Below are positions 24,069 through 36,574 of a DNA stretch of 64,000 bases, in pieces. The DNA lies in NCBI GenBank assembly GCA_964234715.1, contig OZ174285.1; one strand, 5' to 3'. Position 1 is the first letter of the stretch; every line of letters starts with the position of its first letter. Position numbers and translations under genes: made by a program. Below the pieces are notes generated by a model. The model was not told where the DNA came from. It ran no database searches and saw only the letters and a program-made list of their open reading frames with translations. The DNA is from Podarcis melisellensis (taxonomy: Eukaryota).

Positions 24069-26184
24069 GGCCTCCAAGGAATGCATCACCTGCTGCTGCT
24101 GCCACAGCCAGATCTGCTATCTCCTCAGCAGCCCCTACAACGCAGCTTCTACAGCAGTGTCCTGGTGAATACCAGAAACATCATAGCGAGACCCTGGAGA
24201 GGCACTACAGTTCTCCTCTAACCCCTAGGGAAGAAATGGCAGGGTCTGCCCTCTGGAGTCTCCTGGGCTTTGCATACATCCAGCGTGATTCAGAGCATGC
24301 GCCCCATCCCAACAGAATTTGATTCTCACTTAAACCATCAAGTAAGGTTGCTTCGATTCTCTCCCTTGTTCCCAATGTAGATCTTCCCTTCCCATTTGTT
24401 CCTGATGCAAATCTCTCTCTCTCTCTTGTTCCTGATGTAGATCTGCAATCACCCCACCTTCCCTGGCTGGGGAGGCGCCATTTTGTGACTCGCTTCAGGT
24501 GTCGAAATGTCTTGAGCCGGCTCTGCTTTGCTCCATCTGCCCTTATCTGCTTTTAAGTGCCAGGTAAAAACATTTTTATTCAGCCAGGCCTTTGTAGCTT
24601 AACTCTCCGGATATTATTTTAGTGCAGTGAATTGGAATTTAGTGCAGTGAGTTGGAATTGCTCTTTTATGCATATTATTGTATTTTAGGTTGCTTTTGTA
24701 TCAGTTTTTAATGTCTCTGAATAGCACAGGGTACATTCTTTGGGGGAAAAATGAGCTATCGATATAAATAATATATATGCTATCTTGGTGTTCATGATGG
24801 AAGAAAGGTTGGGTACAAATGTCAGAAAATAAAGAAATAAACACAGGCATAAATAGATGTATCCAAGGCACACAGGAAAATTGCTTATTCTGAGTCTTAC
24901 TTCAAAATAATAAATATATTACTGTATATATTAATAATACTTTATTGTGTATTTTTCATTGTTCCAATGCTCCTGCTTCTATACTCAGTCTAGGCTTGGG
25001 CCCACAGAGGGTTAATTAATGCAAAATGGCAATAACCTTGTATTCTAAAAGACATTTAAGTCAGTGTCCACTGTAAGGCGAATCTTCGGACATATTTCCA
25101 TCTGCATTTCTTCAGCTCACCAAGCTGAGCCTTGAATGTTTCAGATTACCAAATGGTTTGTGTTTCTTATCTCAGGAAAACACATTCTGCAACCGTACAC
25201 CTTGCGATCTACCTTCTTATGGTCAGGATTAAATCTGGAATCTTATCCCCACCCCGGTTAGAACCAATCTCCAGCTTCCCTATGGAGCTACAGGCAAGCA
25301 GTTATTATAAAGCAGGGGAGGAAGTAGAAGTCTTTTTACATAAACATTTTGCTGTTCCCGGGTGGTGAGAAATTAAAGCACACCTCTACTCTGCAAAAAC
25401 ATCACTGCAGAAATGACACTTCCTTATATAACAGACCCATTCCGCCTGCATTCAGAGTTGCAACTGCTGACTTTTGTGTTTAAATAGAACTGTACTTTTA
25501 CAGAACAAAAACAGCTAAGGAGACGGCCCTGGATTTTATTGCCGGCTGTTTACCACAACACTTATTGGCTAGATAGCTGAAGCAGAATATATTGGGATTT
25601 GAACACCCCACTGTCGTCATAATTTGACCTCTAGAGTCATGCTTGCCATTGAATGATATGCACACAGAAAAAGCAGCAGTTTGTATTATGTGTCTGACAC
25701 TAGCATAGCACCCACAGAGGTGGCTTTACAGAGCAGATTGGAGACTCAGGTATAGGAGCCAAATCCTAGGGGCCAAGGTCCCTCCAGCCCCCCTAAAATA
25801 TTTGAGGGGGCCAGCTCCCTCAAGGTGATGGGCATTGCCATTCAAATGCTGTGCATGTGAGGCATTGCTTACCTCCCCCTCCAATATTTTATTCAAGTTG
25901 GCACCCCTGGGCTTAGAGGCTTTGTGAACACCGGACAAAGTTCACAAAGGCACCATAATTAGAGACTTCTGAAGTTCTTCTAACTCTTGAAAGTGTTCGC
26001 TCTAGTATAGGATTATTAGAAAAATCCCTTTAAGGGTGAAATACAATTATAAAATAGCTATTCACATTAATATTGAAGTCTATGGGTCGTAGTCACCTAA
26101 ATCACTGCATGCCCAATGTAGCTTTCCCTTCCTCTTCCTATATTATTATTATACACACACATATATATATACACACACATACAC

Positions 26185-26570
26185 CACCCTATACCTGGGG
26201 TCTCAGGGCAGTTCACAGAATAAAATCAAGATATAAAACCACAAAATACATAATAAAAATAAAAACAATCCAATAGTACCCTCCCCCAACAACAAACCCC
26301 CTCCCCCAACAACAACCCCCCCCCCCATTTTAAAAGGACATAGGATGTAAATCAGATCAACACAAGGCCTGGTTAAAATGAAGGCACCAGGTGAACATCC
26401 CTGAGGTGAGCATTCCATAGATGAGGAGCCACTGCAGAGAAGGCCTGTTCTCGTGTTACCACCCTCTGGACCTCTCGAGGAGGAGGTACAAGAAGGAGGG
26501 CGTCAAAAGATGATCTCAGGGTCGGGGTAGGTACATATGGAAAGAGGTGGTCCTTGAGGTATTGTGGTCC
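26185..26570 (-). mobile_element. L2 3' fragment
   Basis: GGAGCCACTGCAGAGAAGGCC...GGAAAGAGGTGGTCCTTGAGGTA matches the reverse complement of an L2 ORF2 end. Confidence 0.7.
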
Positions 26571-26810
26571 TCCCCTGTCCCCAAACCTGCTCCAAAGTTT
26601 TGGGGAAAACCTCAGAGCAGATTTGGAGGCAGTGGGGAGACAGGGGGGGCATAGTTAGATACAGTCCCGTGTTTCCTGCATATAAAGTTGGAGTCACACC
26701 ACTAAGTCCATCCATTTTCCTACTCTCACATAAAACACACTTTTATGTTGGTGGGATGCCATCAGACCTCTTTGTGCTGTAAATAGTTTCTGATTTGTTT
26801 TCAAACCTGG

Positions 26811-27078
26811 GCTCACTGGAAGGACAGATCCTGAAGCTGAGGCTCCAATACTCTGGCCACCTCATGAGAAGACTCCCTGGAAAAGACCCTGATGTTGGGA
26901 AAGGTTGAGGGCACAAGGAGAAGGGGACGACAGAGGACGAGATGGTTGGACAGTGTTCTCCTAGTTACTAACATGAGTTTGACCAAACTGTGGGAGGCAG
27001 TGTAAGACAGGAGTGCCTGGCATGCTCTGGTCCATGGGGTCACGAAGAGTCAGACACGACTAAAAGACTAAACAACAA
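26811..27078 (+). mobile_element. Bov-B 3' fragment
   Basis: CACTGGAAGGACAGATCCTGAAGCTGAGGCTCCAATAC...; (AAC)n tail. Confidence 0.93.
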
Positions 27079-30000
27079 TTATTACTTAGAAATCTAACTA
27101 TTGGTTGGCCCACAACCCTGACTATGCGTTGAATCACTGCGAGACCAAAGCATGCACAATACAGAAGGCAGCAACAAGAAGGAAAAGTTAGCTCATGCTG
27201 GAAGCAATAGCTGTGTGAACTTGTCTGAATGTGTTCCTCACTTAGATATACTCAGTTTGTTAAGTAAAACAGCAATGTCTCGAGCATAGGGCCATTGAAC
27301 TGATTGGGAACCGCACAAGATCATAGCTGTGCTTTCAGCATGTTTCCTATACATTTCACTGGGGGTGGTATCAGAGAAGTTCTCTGTAGATTCAGCCCTC
27401 TTGTCTCACAAGATCTCTGCTTTAAAGAAACTTGTTGGTTTTGCTTAAGCATAAACCTCCCTCCCCATCCTTTTCTCTTCTTTTCTTTTTTCTAGCTGGT
27501 TTATTTAGCACATCTCGTATTGACAAAGTGTTTCATTTTCTCCCCTCCACGCTTTGCTTCAGCAGTCTGTAAAATACATCTGGGAGAGAAACCTGTGCTA
27601 TCCATCAGCATTATTTCAGATATGTTTTTTAATCAAATATCAATACTACTTAAAAGAAAGATACAAGTGGGAAATGGTGTTTGTACAACCTGACATTCCC
27701 CGACCTAGGTGTATTTGCTGAAGAGGTTAGCAGCTTTATGGTACATATTAGGAAAGAAATGAAATCACAGGGCTATGGGCATAGTTTGTTAGGCGATTAT
27801 TCAGCTGACAGTACAGAATGCAAGCAGAACAAGCATCCAGGTCTCCAAAGAATGAATTCATTATTCCTTATAAGCAAAACATGACTTCCCTGTGGGATTG
27901 TAAAGCCTGCTTTTCTTTTTTCTATTCAACACCTTACCTGTATATAAACCTCAACACAGGGAGTTAAATGCTAATGTCATTTCATACCACAATTACTCAT
28001 TTTCAGAATGGAACTGCATGCCAAGACTTGACTGTGCTGTTTTTTCCTTCCTTTCCAATGGACAGGTTCTCTCTCTCTCTCTCTCTCTCGTTGAACAATA
28101 AGCCATTTTAAATAATGCTGGTCAGATGAGTCTGACCAATCTGACCTCTAAGCTGTGCCATACTCCACCCCACTCCCAATCTTCAGTGTGTAAGAACATA
28201 TGGAAACTAGAGTAATTCACTGCAGAAGTTCTAACTAGACAGGTATAGCCTTCTGGAAGCATTGCTGTAGCTAAGGCATTTTTTTTTCCAAAGGGGAACT
28301 CAGCTCACAGGTGAGTTCCGGAACATCATCTTTCTATAAAAATAGCACAGGTTGTAGCAGATATGGTTTTGAATCTGTCACATTTCAAGAAACAGGCTTC
28401 TAGCCAAATAGGGGTTTGAAATCACCATGCTGGTTTACTCTTTAGCGTTTGGCAGAATTCTGAAAGCTTTTTAGCTTAGATATAAAATCTGATACTATGA
28501 TTCAGTGGATAGGACATTGCCCTAAAGTTCCTCTCTCTTAAATCGTATAGTGTGTGTCACTCGCTAGCATTCACACACAGCTTCAGATTAATTATAATAT
28601 CATAAAAAGCACTGTGATCCAATGGATTAAAAATAATGCAGTGCCAATCTGTTATCTACAAACTTGCTCACTGGAAGGCTTTCATTAAGTCAGCCTCAGT
28701 TCCCCATCTTATAAAATGGGGAAAATAATAATGGTCCAACACAGAGTTTTCAGAAGGGAGACGGTTTTGCTTACCATTTCCTGAACGTTCATTGTGTCTT
28801 AGTCCCAGTTTGGAAATTTAAAATGATATATAAATTACAAATGTATCAGCTATGCGTGATTTTTCTTTATATAGAGTGTTAAAATAACAGTTGGTTTATC
28901 ATTAATTGATTGTTGAATTTATATGTTTTGAATTTTAGAAGGTTTCTGAAATAGATGGAGTGAAAACTGGATTTTCCACTATCAGACTTCTGAATCCTCG
29001 GGTTTCAATCCTACATATACTTACATTAGACTAAGTCTTGCTAAACACAGCAAGACTTTATCCAGGTAAATGAACATAGGAATAGATCATGGGATTTCTC
29101 TTCCTCTTTGAGCATAATTTTGAGTCTATGGTAGCCTTTTAGTGACAAAAAAGGGAAAACTGGTTCTACCAAAGGGGGCTAGTGCTCTTTTAAAAACTAT
29201 TTGTTGCACCCAATGTTAAGTCATATGTTAGGAGATACATTTAAATTAATAGGTATGACTAATTGGGTCCATTAATTGCAATGGGTTTACTCTGAGAAGA
29301 ACACAAGTTATATGCAACCGAATGAAAATGACTATGTGCAGAAAACACTGCAAGGTTCTACAAGCATCTGATACATTTTAAATGCACTGAAAATGTTCAA
29401 TTTTAATAGTATGGCGAAACACTGGAAAGTTTAACAGTAAACTAGATCAAACAAGAGACTGACAGATACTGAAACTCAAGCTGCGTGGAAGGAAGCTTGG
29501 AAATGAGCCTAGATAGATATCTGAAGAGATCCATGTACTGGAAATCCATGTAAGATGCAACAGACTGAACTAGATAATCTGAGCTCCTTAGTCTTAGGTT
29601 TCAAGCTGTGGATTCTATTCTCTGTCATTTCAGCTGGCCACAACCAATACTATTACTTATTAGAATAAAATAAATATTAACTTGGTTTAAGCACATCACA
29701 TACCATGCATGCTTTTATTCAGAAGCCTGTCTACTGAATTAAATGGCACTTGCCACTTAGTAAGTGTCTACAGAATTGCAGCCTACGGGACTGGTTTGGC
29801 CAGAGGCATTCCATAATTATTAGAGTTGTTATGGAATGATTTTATATTACAGTGACGTTCTCTCGCTATTCTTAATACATTCCGGAGTGCAGCATTTTAT
29901 ATTTTACCTTTTAATATATGACTTTCTTATTTTGTTGTCATTAATCGTAGTAGCACCAGTTCTTCAGATTTATTTTCTGTTTTCCGCACACTTCTAAACT

Positions 30001-30223
30001 CTTCCAACTGGTTTCTCACCTTTGAATTTTATCCTGTTACATATGGCAGCAGAACTTAATGGCTCGGACATGTTATCCTAGAACCTGGTAAGTTCTTGTT
30101 TAGTTTCATTTCACAAGCAGCAGATCACCAAAGACAAAGACAAGTCTAAGACTGCGCTCTCCAAAGCACCAAACGCCAGCATTTTATGGGCCGTAATTCC
30201 AGCGGGCTTCAATTTGGTTCTTA

Positions 30224-30569
30224 AAGGTAAAGGGACCCCTGACCATTAGGTCCAGTTGTGGCCGACTCTGGGGTTGCGGCGCTCATCTTGCTTTACTGGC
30301 CGAGGGAGCCGGCGTACAGCTTCTGGGTCATGTGGCCAGCATGACTAAGCCGCTTCTGGCGAACCAGAGCAGCACACAGAAACGCCGTTTACCTTCCCGC
30401 CGAAGCGGTACCTATTTATCTACTTGCACTTTGAGGTGCTTTCGAACTGCTAGGTTGGCAGGAGCAGGGACCAAGCAACGGGAGCTCACCCCATCGCGGG
30501 GATTCAAACCACCAACCTTATGATCTGCAAGTCCTAGGCTCTGTGGTTTAACCCACAGCGCCACCCGCG
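30224..30569 (-). mobile_element. Sauria SINE
   Basis: Full length; flanking repeat GTTCTTA. Confidence 0.95.
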
Positions 30570-30596
30570 TTCTTACAGGGCAGCAAAACAGGAAAC

Positions 30597-30828
30597 ATTA
30601 AATTTGCAGATGACACCAACTGGGAGGGATAGCCAATGTCGCAGAAGACAGGTTTGAAGATGACCTTAACAGATTGGAGAACTGAGCCAAAACTAGCAAA
30701 ATGAATTTGATTAGGGACAAATGTAAGGTTCTGCACCTTGGCAAGAATAACCAGCAGCACAAATATAAGATGGCGGACACCTGGTTTGCCAGTAGTACAT
30801 GTGAAAAGGGGTCTAGGGGTCTTAGTAG
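30597..30828 (+). mobile_element. CR1 LINE reverse-transcriptase fragment, degenerate
   Basis: IKFADDT...DDLNRLEN*...KCKVLHLGKNN...CEK motifs. Confidence 0.88.
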
Positions 30829-31663
30829 AGTCAACTCTAAAATTCTTTGATTCTATGAATTCAGGGAAACCTCTGGTGGAAAAGATTTCTTGAAGATCAG
30901 GATTTCTAAGCAAAGGAAACAACCAGGAAAAGGGCACCAGGAGAGAACTAGCAAGCTAACACTGGCCTAAGTGATCCCAGAACTGGCCTGCAATCCATTT
31001 AAATGGAAAAACAATCTATCTGAAGTGCTGAGCTTCTCCTAACCTGGCCCACCTGGAGAAACAGCTCCTGTATTAAACACATTTGACGGTTTGAGGGAGG
31101 TTTTCTGAACTGTTTGTTAAGAGAGGCAATTGAAATCAGAAGAAATAACAGGCAGTAAGGTTGCGTGTGTATGTTTTGAATCGTTTTAACGGAGTATATT
31201 AGGAAAACACCATTCCATCTGTGTATCTATTCTGGAATCATTTTACTAAAACAAAACAAGTTGTCTAAACTGAGATATTGTGAAATGCCGCACTGTATCC
31301 AAAGCCCTTATCCCCCTTGTTTTTATAGATTGAAGAAATCCAAATGTATTTCAGCCTGAACTTTCCTACTTCAGAGAAATACACTCTGAATCGCACTGAA
31401 ATGTCATTTAGGCATAATGCCACTTTTCCTATATCTTTCAGAGAGCACCTTAACACAGAAAAAGCAAAAAGAGAGATGGTTATCATTTTATGGTCATCAG
31501 CGAATACTGGAACTAATGCCACTGTTTCATCGAATGTCCTGGGCAAAACAGACAAGGCACCATTCATACAATTAGAAATAGTGTAAATATCTCTTTAAAA
31601 TAAAATAGCGGGAACTGGGCAGCAGAGGGAAGGAAGATCCCAATTGAGACCTTGGTAGGGGGC

Positions 31664-32131
31664 TGTGGCGTTTGCCTCCTAGGTGGGTCATTGGGAAAGG
31701 GGTAAATGAGTGAGAATGTGATTGGCCAGTGGGAATGCAAGGGGGGAGTAAAAGTTAGAGTGGGAGGTTTTGAAAGTCAGTTGAGGCTGGGGAGTTGAAG
31801 AAGGAAGAGGGAGGATTAGGTGTGGATTGGTAGAGTTGTATTGTGAGAGAGTGAGAGGAATTGCCAGGTGGAGTCAGATAGATAGTTGGGAATCATCAGT
31901 TTGAAGTTGTTAGGAACTAAGATCTAAGAAACTGACAAGAAAAATTAACCGAAACCATAAGCTTGTTCCTGCATTTAAAAATAAACTTGATTATTTGTTA
32001 ATGTTAACAACTGTCTGGACTCCGTGTGTCCCTGTGAGAAACAGGGTGGTGGCAGCGAAGAAAGCAATCGCAGTGGTGGCACAGGGTCAATAGACCGTCT
32101 AACGTCCGGGGGGGCCTGTGTGATCGCCACA
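31664..32131 (+). mobile_element. Solo LTR (Gypsy-like)
   Basis: TGTGGCG...CGCCACA termini, 5-bp TSD GGGGC, internal AATAAA at ~31980. Confidence 0.88.
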
Positions 32132-32998
32132 GGGGCATAACCTTTTTGCCCCCTGCGGTGGTCCTGATCAGGAGGATCATGCCTGCTATTTACATTGGAA
32201 GAAAAGCTTCCATTGATGTGAATGGGCCTTTTCTTCCTTTGGAAATAAGCAGGCTTGCAGTGCGGTTGTTTTTCGTCTTGACCACAGCACAGGGGAATTA
32301 GCACCATCCCACCCCCATAGTCACACTGAGTTGCCATCCACTTCCAGATTTGGGGTGGGGAGAGCCTTGTGCCTGCTAATTAATTTTAAGTCATTCACGC
32401 AACTGAGGGTAGTGTGAATGGCTTCTCATCTGCTTTGGCCCTCAAGTCAGGCAGAAATTAGTAAGAGCACCCATTAGGTTAGGCCGGGACAATGTAGGGA
32501 ATTACAGTATCAGCATCTTCACAGAATATGTAAAGGCTGTATTATGGATCAATACTGCATGCCCAGGAAGTATAGAATTGTCTTCAGCTCTATGGTATTA
32601 TTTTTAAAATATTTTTTATTTTTTATTAAATGTGTATACTGCCCTTCATCCACAGATCTTAACATAAAAAACAACAACACAAAGCACGCAAAATGGTACA
32701 CATATCTGGCATCCTTATCACTGAGAGGAATCATATAATCCACTCAGTGACTTCAGGTTATATTATCTTACTTTTGATCATGAACCATATACCTCTTAGC
32801 AGGAAATTAAAGTCACCAGTAAATTGAGATTTTATACTGCTGCCTACTAAATGCAAAAACACTGCTGATGGCTTCTCAGAAGATGTAAGTTGAGCCTGGA
32901 ACATAAATCATTGCAAAATCTGGAAATGATTCATAGTTACAGTTCAGCACATTCTTTTTTGTTTTTTTTGCTTCAGCTCTGTCATAAATGCCCATGTA

Positions 32999-33232
32999 CA
33001 GTGGTACCTCAGGTTAAGAACTTAATTCATTATGGAGGTCCGTTCTTAACCTGAAACTGTTCTTAACTTGAAGCAGCACTTTAGCTAATGGGGCCTCCAG
33101 CTGCCACCGGAGCACGATTTCTGTTCTCATCCTGAAGCAAAGTTCTTAACCCAAGGTACTATTTCTGGGTTAGCGGAGTCTGTAACCTGAAGCATCTGTA
33201 ACCTGAAGCGTATGTAACCCGAGGTACCACTG
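32999..33232. mobile_element. Tc1/Tigger-like MITE
   Basis: TIRs CAGTGGTACCTC / GAGGTACCACTG; TA TSD. Confidence 0.92.
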
Positions 33233-33484
33233 TATCTGTAGGACACAGTATCTGTTCTGCTTCTTCAACATTATGTCCCATCCTCCTCTTTTCTTCTTCA
33301 GAGCTGAATCATATTTAGATACTTAAAACAGTAGCCATGTTATTACCATCATGTTTAATTAGCCAAGTAACCTCACATCAATTACTAAAAGACAACGGTA
33401 GGTTGATGGCAATGTACCATGCCATCTCTAAGGGAAATTGTTTTGCATAGATTGGGAGTTAATATGCACTAATAAATAGGAACC

Positions 33485-33660
33485 TAGGAAGCTGTCTTAA
33501 CCAAGATGCGACTGTTCATCCATCCAGGCCAGTTCTGCATACTCTGACCGACAGAAGCTCTCTGTAGTTTAAGGCTGAAAAGTCTTTCCCCTGACTACTT
33601 AACCCCTTTTGCCGGAGATGGCAGGGACTGAACCTGGAATCTTCTCCCTAGAAAGCCTAT
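33485..33660 (-). mobile_element. Old tRNA-derived SINE remnant
   Basis: GGAAGCTGTCTT...GGAGATGGCAGGGACTGAACCTGG contains a reverse-complement B box. Confidence 0.5.
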
Positions 33661-33819
33661 GCCCTACTATTGGGCGATGGTCGTTGGGAATTGAAGGTGA
33701 GATACTCACACAGCGAAAGTTCCCCCCAGTTCCAGTCACTACACTGGCAGTTTAAGGTCCAAAATAGTTTGGACTTCAAGGTTAGGCTTCGGTAATACAG
33801 TTCCTGATGTTGACAGCTG

Positions 33820-33890
33820 TGGGCAGGATTCCTATACTGTAGAAGGTTGGACAAGACCTTCAGGGTACCTTCCAACTCTACAATTCTGTG

Positions 33891-33892
<2 letters not shown>
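33820..33892 (+). mobile_element. CR1 3' tip followed by (CA)n
   Basis: GGTTGGAC...CCTTCCAACTCTACAATTCTGTGA, the CR1 terminal motif. Confidence 0.75.
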
Positions 33893-33930
<38 letters not shown>

Positions 33931-34009
33931 TGTAGGCTTTGCAGATACAGATACATATAATTAGAAAGCATTTCTGTTGCTCCAGCAATTCAAGATGTAA
34001 CACAGACTC

Positions 34010-34300
34010 CCGACTCACGGGCGGACTCACTGACCGGACATACCTTAATCACTAATATAGATGACACCGGACTGCTGTCATAGCAACTGGCTTGGCTGAC
34101 CTTGCACCTGTTAGCTTATCTCATACATGGAGGGATTAAACTCATGAAGGAAATTAACCCTTTCCTCCATGTCCAGTTCCTCCAACAATGGTCCCTCCAC
34201 TATGTAGTAACAAGTGAGGACTGCTGCGCACAAACTTTTGCTTAACCGTTTGACGTCAGATAGCAGACACAGGGTAGAGTGTGTAAACGCCTCGCCACAT
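34010..34300 (-). promoter_or_regulatory. Promoter-like element with CRE, MYB-like and RFX X-box-like sites and clustered 5' splice sites
   Basis: TGACGTCA 34251-34258; TAACCGTT 34243-34250; GCTGTCATAGCAAC 34074-34087; minus-strand donors AAG|GTATGT (34043) and GTGAGT (34030, 34018); local CpG retention. Confidence 0.4.
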
Positions 34301-34826
34301 AAAATTCTCTACAAAGCTGAGAAATCTCTGTATGTTGGGATGGAGATTTGAGTCCAGCTTTGCTCCTTCCTTGTTTCTTGCATGCGTTGCAATAGGGAAA
34401 CTCAGACCTGGGGAAATGTGGCCCTCTCTGCCTTTCTATCAAGCCCTTGGTACGCCCCCAAGCCACACTGCTCACTGGTTCTAGTTGCACCCCAAGTCCC
34501 TTTTGCCTGATTTGAATGTGTCCTTGAATGCTTGATTATGCCTCTTGCCTGCCTGCATGGAGGGTCGAGAGGGTGGGTGTGTAGAAACCAAGCTGCACAA
34601 AGGTGAAATTTACATTTATTACTCTGGCTGCTTTTGTGTCTTGTCATACCCACCAAACGCACATGGTCCATGGCAGGCTGCCCAGAAGAGCAGGCAGCTC
34701 ATAGGCTGGAAAAACGGTCCCTGTCCCTGCTCAGTAATATACCATACACGCATCTTATTTCTTCCCAGACCAGCAGACCATTAGCGGTTAGAGCAACAAG
34801 CCCCATGCATCTAAAAGACTATAGGC

Positions 34827-35423
34827 TGTCATGAACTGGTAAGACAACAGGGAGGAGGAAGGGGATCCCGGCAAGGGGTGTAGCCGGGACTGGGACACAC
34901 CAGGACATACAGAGAATGGGGAAAGAAGTACTCACAGGGTGATGGGGATGGCATGGGGATGAAGGTCGGTGCACAGGAACCAGAGCAGCAGGACCCATCA
35001 CCAGAGCCAGAAGGACCCCTTTCTCCATGAACATGGCAGGCTCTAAGGCGTAGGGGGCAGCAGGAGAGGCGATCCAGGAGACTGAGGCAGGCCAGGGCCC
35101 ACAGCCCAGCTCACTAGCTGGAGGCTTGTTAGCATTGGGAGGAGGGGTGTGTTTCCTCAGCTGCAGTAGGCTTGAACAGGTGAGGGTCACAAGCCTCATC
35201 AAGCCCAGGTGCTGCAATCAGCATGCAAAGTACCAAAGGGAAGCAGAGCTGAGGTGCTGTGTCTGCTCAAGTGCCCATGTTGGTGGACCTTGGCTTGGAT
35301 GTGCCTGGTGCTCTGTGGGACTGCACTTCAGGACAGACTTTGACTGTGTGGATTGACCCCTGGTCTTTGAACTTTGACATGCTGACTTGCCACCAGGTTG
35401 GGTAGGGGTTTAGGGTGCCAACA
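34827..35423 (+). mobile_element. LTR-like repeat
   Basis: TGTCA...CCAACA termini; second copy at 8541 in inverse orientation; no clean TSD. Confidence 0.65.
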
Positions 35424-35542
35424 TCAGCAGAGAGGACACACTTTGTAGTTCTACCACCTTCAGAAGTTTCTTTTCTGGGAGATAAGGGGCACTCCAGGAG
35501 AAGGCATTCCCTCCAGAAGTCCCTACATTGCAGAATTCCCCC

Positions 35543-35577
<35 letters not shown>

Positions 35578-36574
35578 TGTGTATCTGTCATCTTCGTTGT
35601 ATAATTCTTGCCAAATGCTTAAAGAACACCTCCTTACTGTTGCCTTTGACACCTGAGATATATATTTTAAGACCCACCCTATTCTCTTGATTGTAATCTG
35701 TTTTAACTAGATTTTTTTTAAAAAAACACTATATTTTTAAATAGTTGTAACCCACCCTGGGACCTCATGGTAAAGGATGGGAACAATAACATGCAGGTGG
35801 AAATAGTTATTACTCATTAGCTAAGGAAAAATTTCATCTCCATTAGCAGAATTAAGGGTCTTGAATAGGCATAGTCTTAAAGAATAGTGGTATTGAAATA
35901 TACCAGCTAGAATTGAGGAGTCTGGTCCTGGTTACTGCCTTAAGTGGGAGAATGCCTGGAAATCACATAAAAGACCATTCTGAAGGAAGAGCAGCTGGGT
36001 GTATAGGCATAGTAAAAAGATAAATTCTGTCAGAGTATCAAATCTATGAAACTTGGAGAAAAGCAAGAAAAGGCCATCTCATGTGCTTGACCCAAATTGT
36101 GCCTCAAACTAAATCTGTCCTTAAACTTTCTAGATTTCTTCATTTTGATTATAAACTAGGAGAGCAGAAGGCAGAGACTATCCCTGACTGGGATCTGCAT
36201 ATGTAGGGTTCAAAACCTTATGTGGACTATACCTGGATTCATTGTTAGTTAGGTAAGAAGGTAAACAAGACCTTCACCCACCTAGTCTGAGGAGTTTCCC
36301 CACTAAAAATAGAATTTTTGAATAGGTTACAGTCTTGGAAAACAATAAACACATTTCATTTATGGACCACCAATATTTAAGTTACCATCTTCTCTGCAAA
36401 AACGTCACCAAAGCCAAAACCGACACAATACATTTCAAAGTAATTCAAAGAACAGCAAAACAAGGTAGCTATACTCTGCCCCCCAATGATACATGGTCTT
36501 GAACACTGGAAACTCTGAGGAGATTAAGTCAATTAGAACTTCAGTTTTCCTGTCAATGATTTAATTTAAGTTAC

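Noticed and set aside
27711-27840. Protein-like plus-strand frame GVFAEEVSSFMVHIRKEMK...
   Set aside because: Weak splice signals and no linkage to other exons.
31329-31586. Plus-strand acceptor followed by an ~85-codon frame
   Set aside because: No homology recognised and no compatible upstream exon established.
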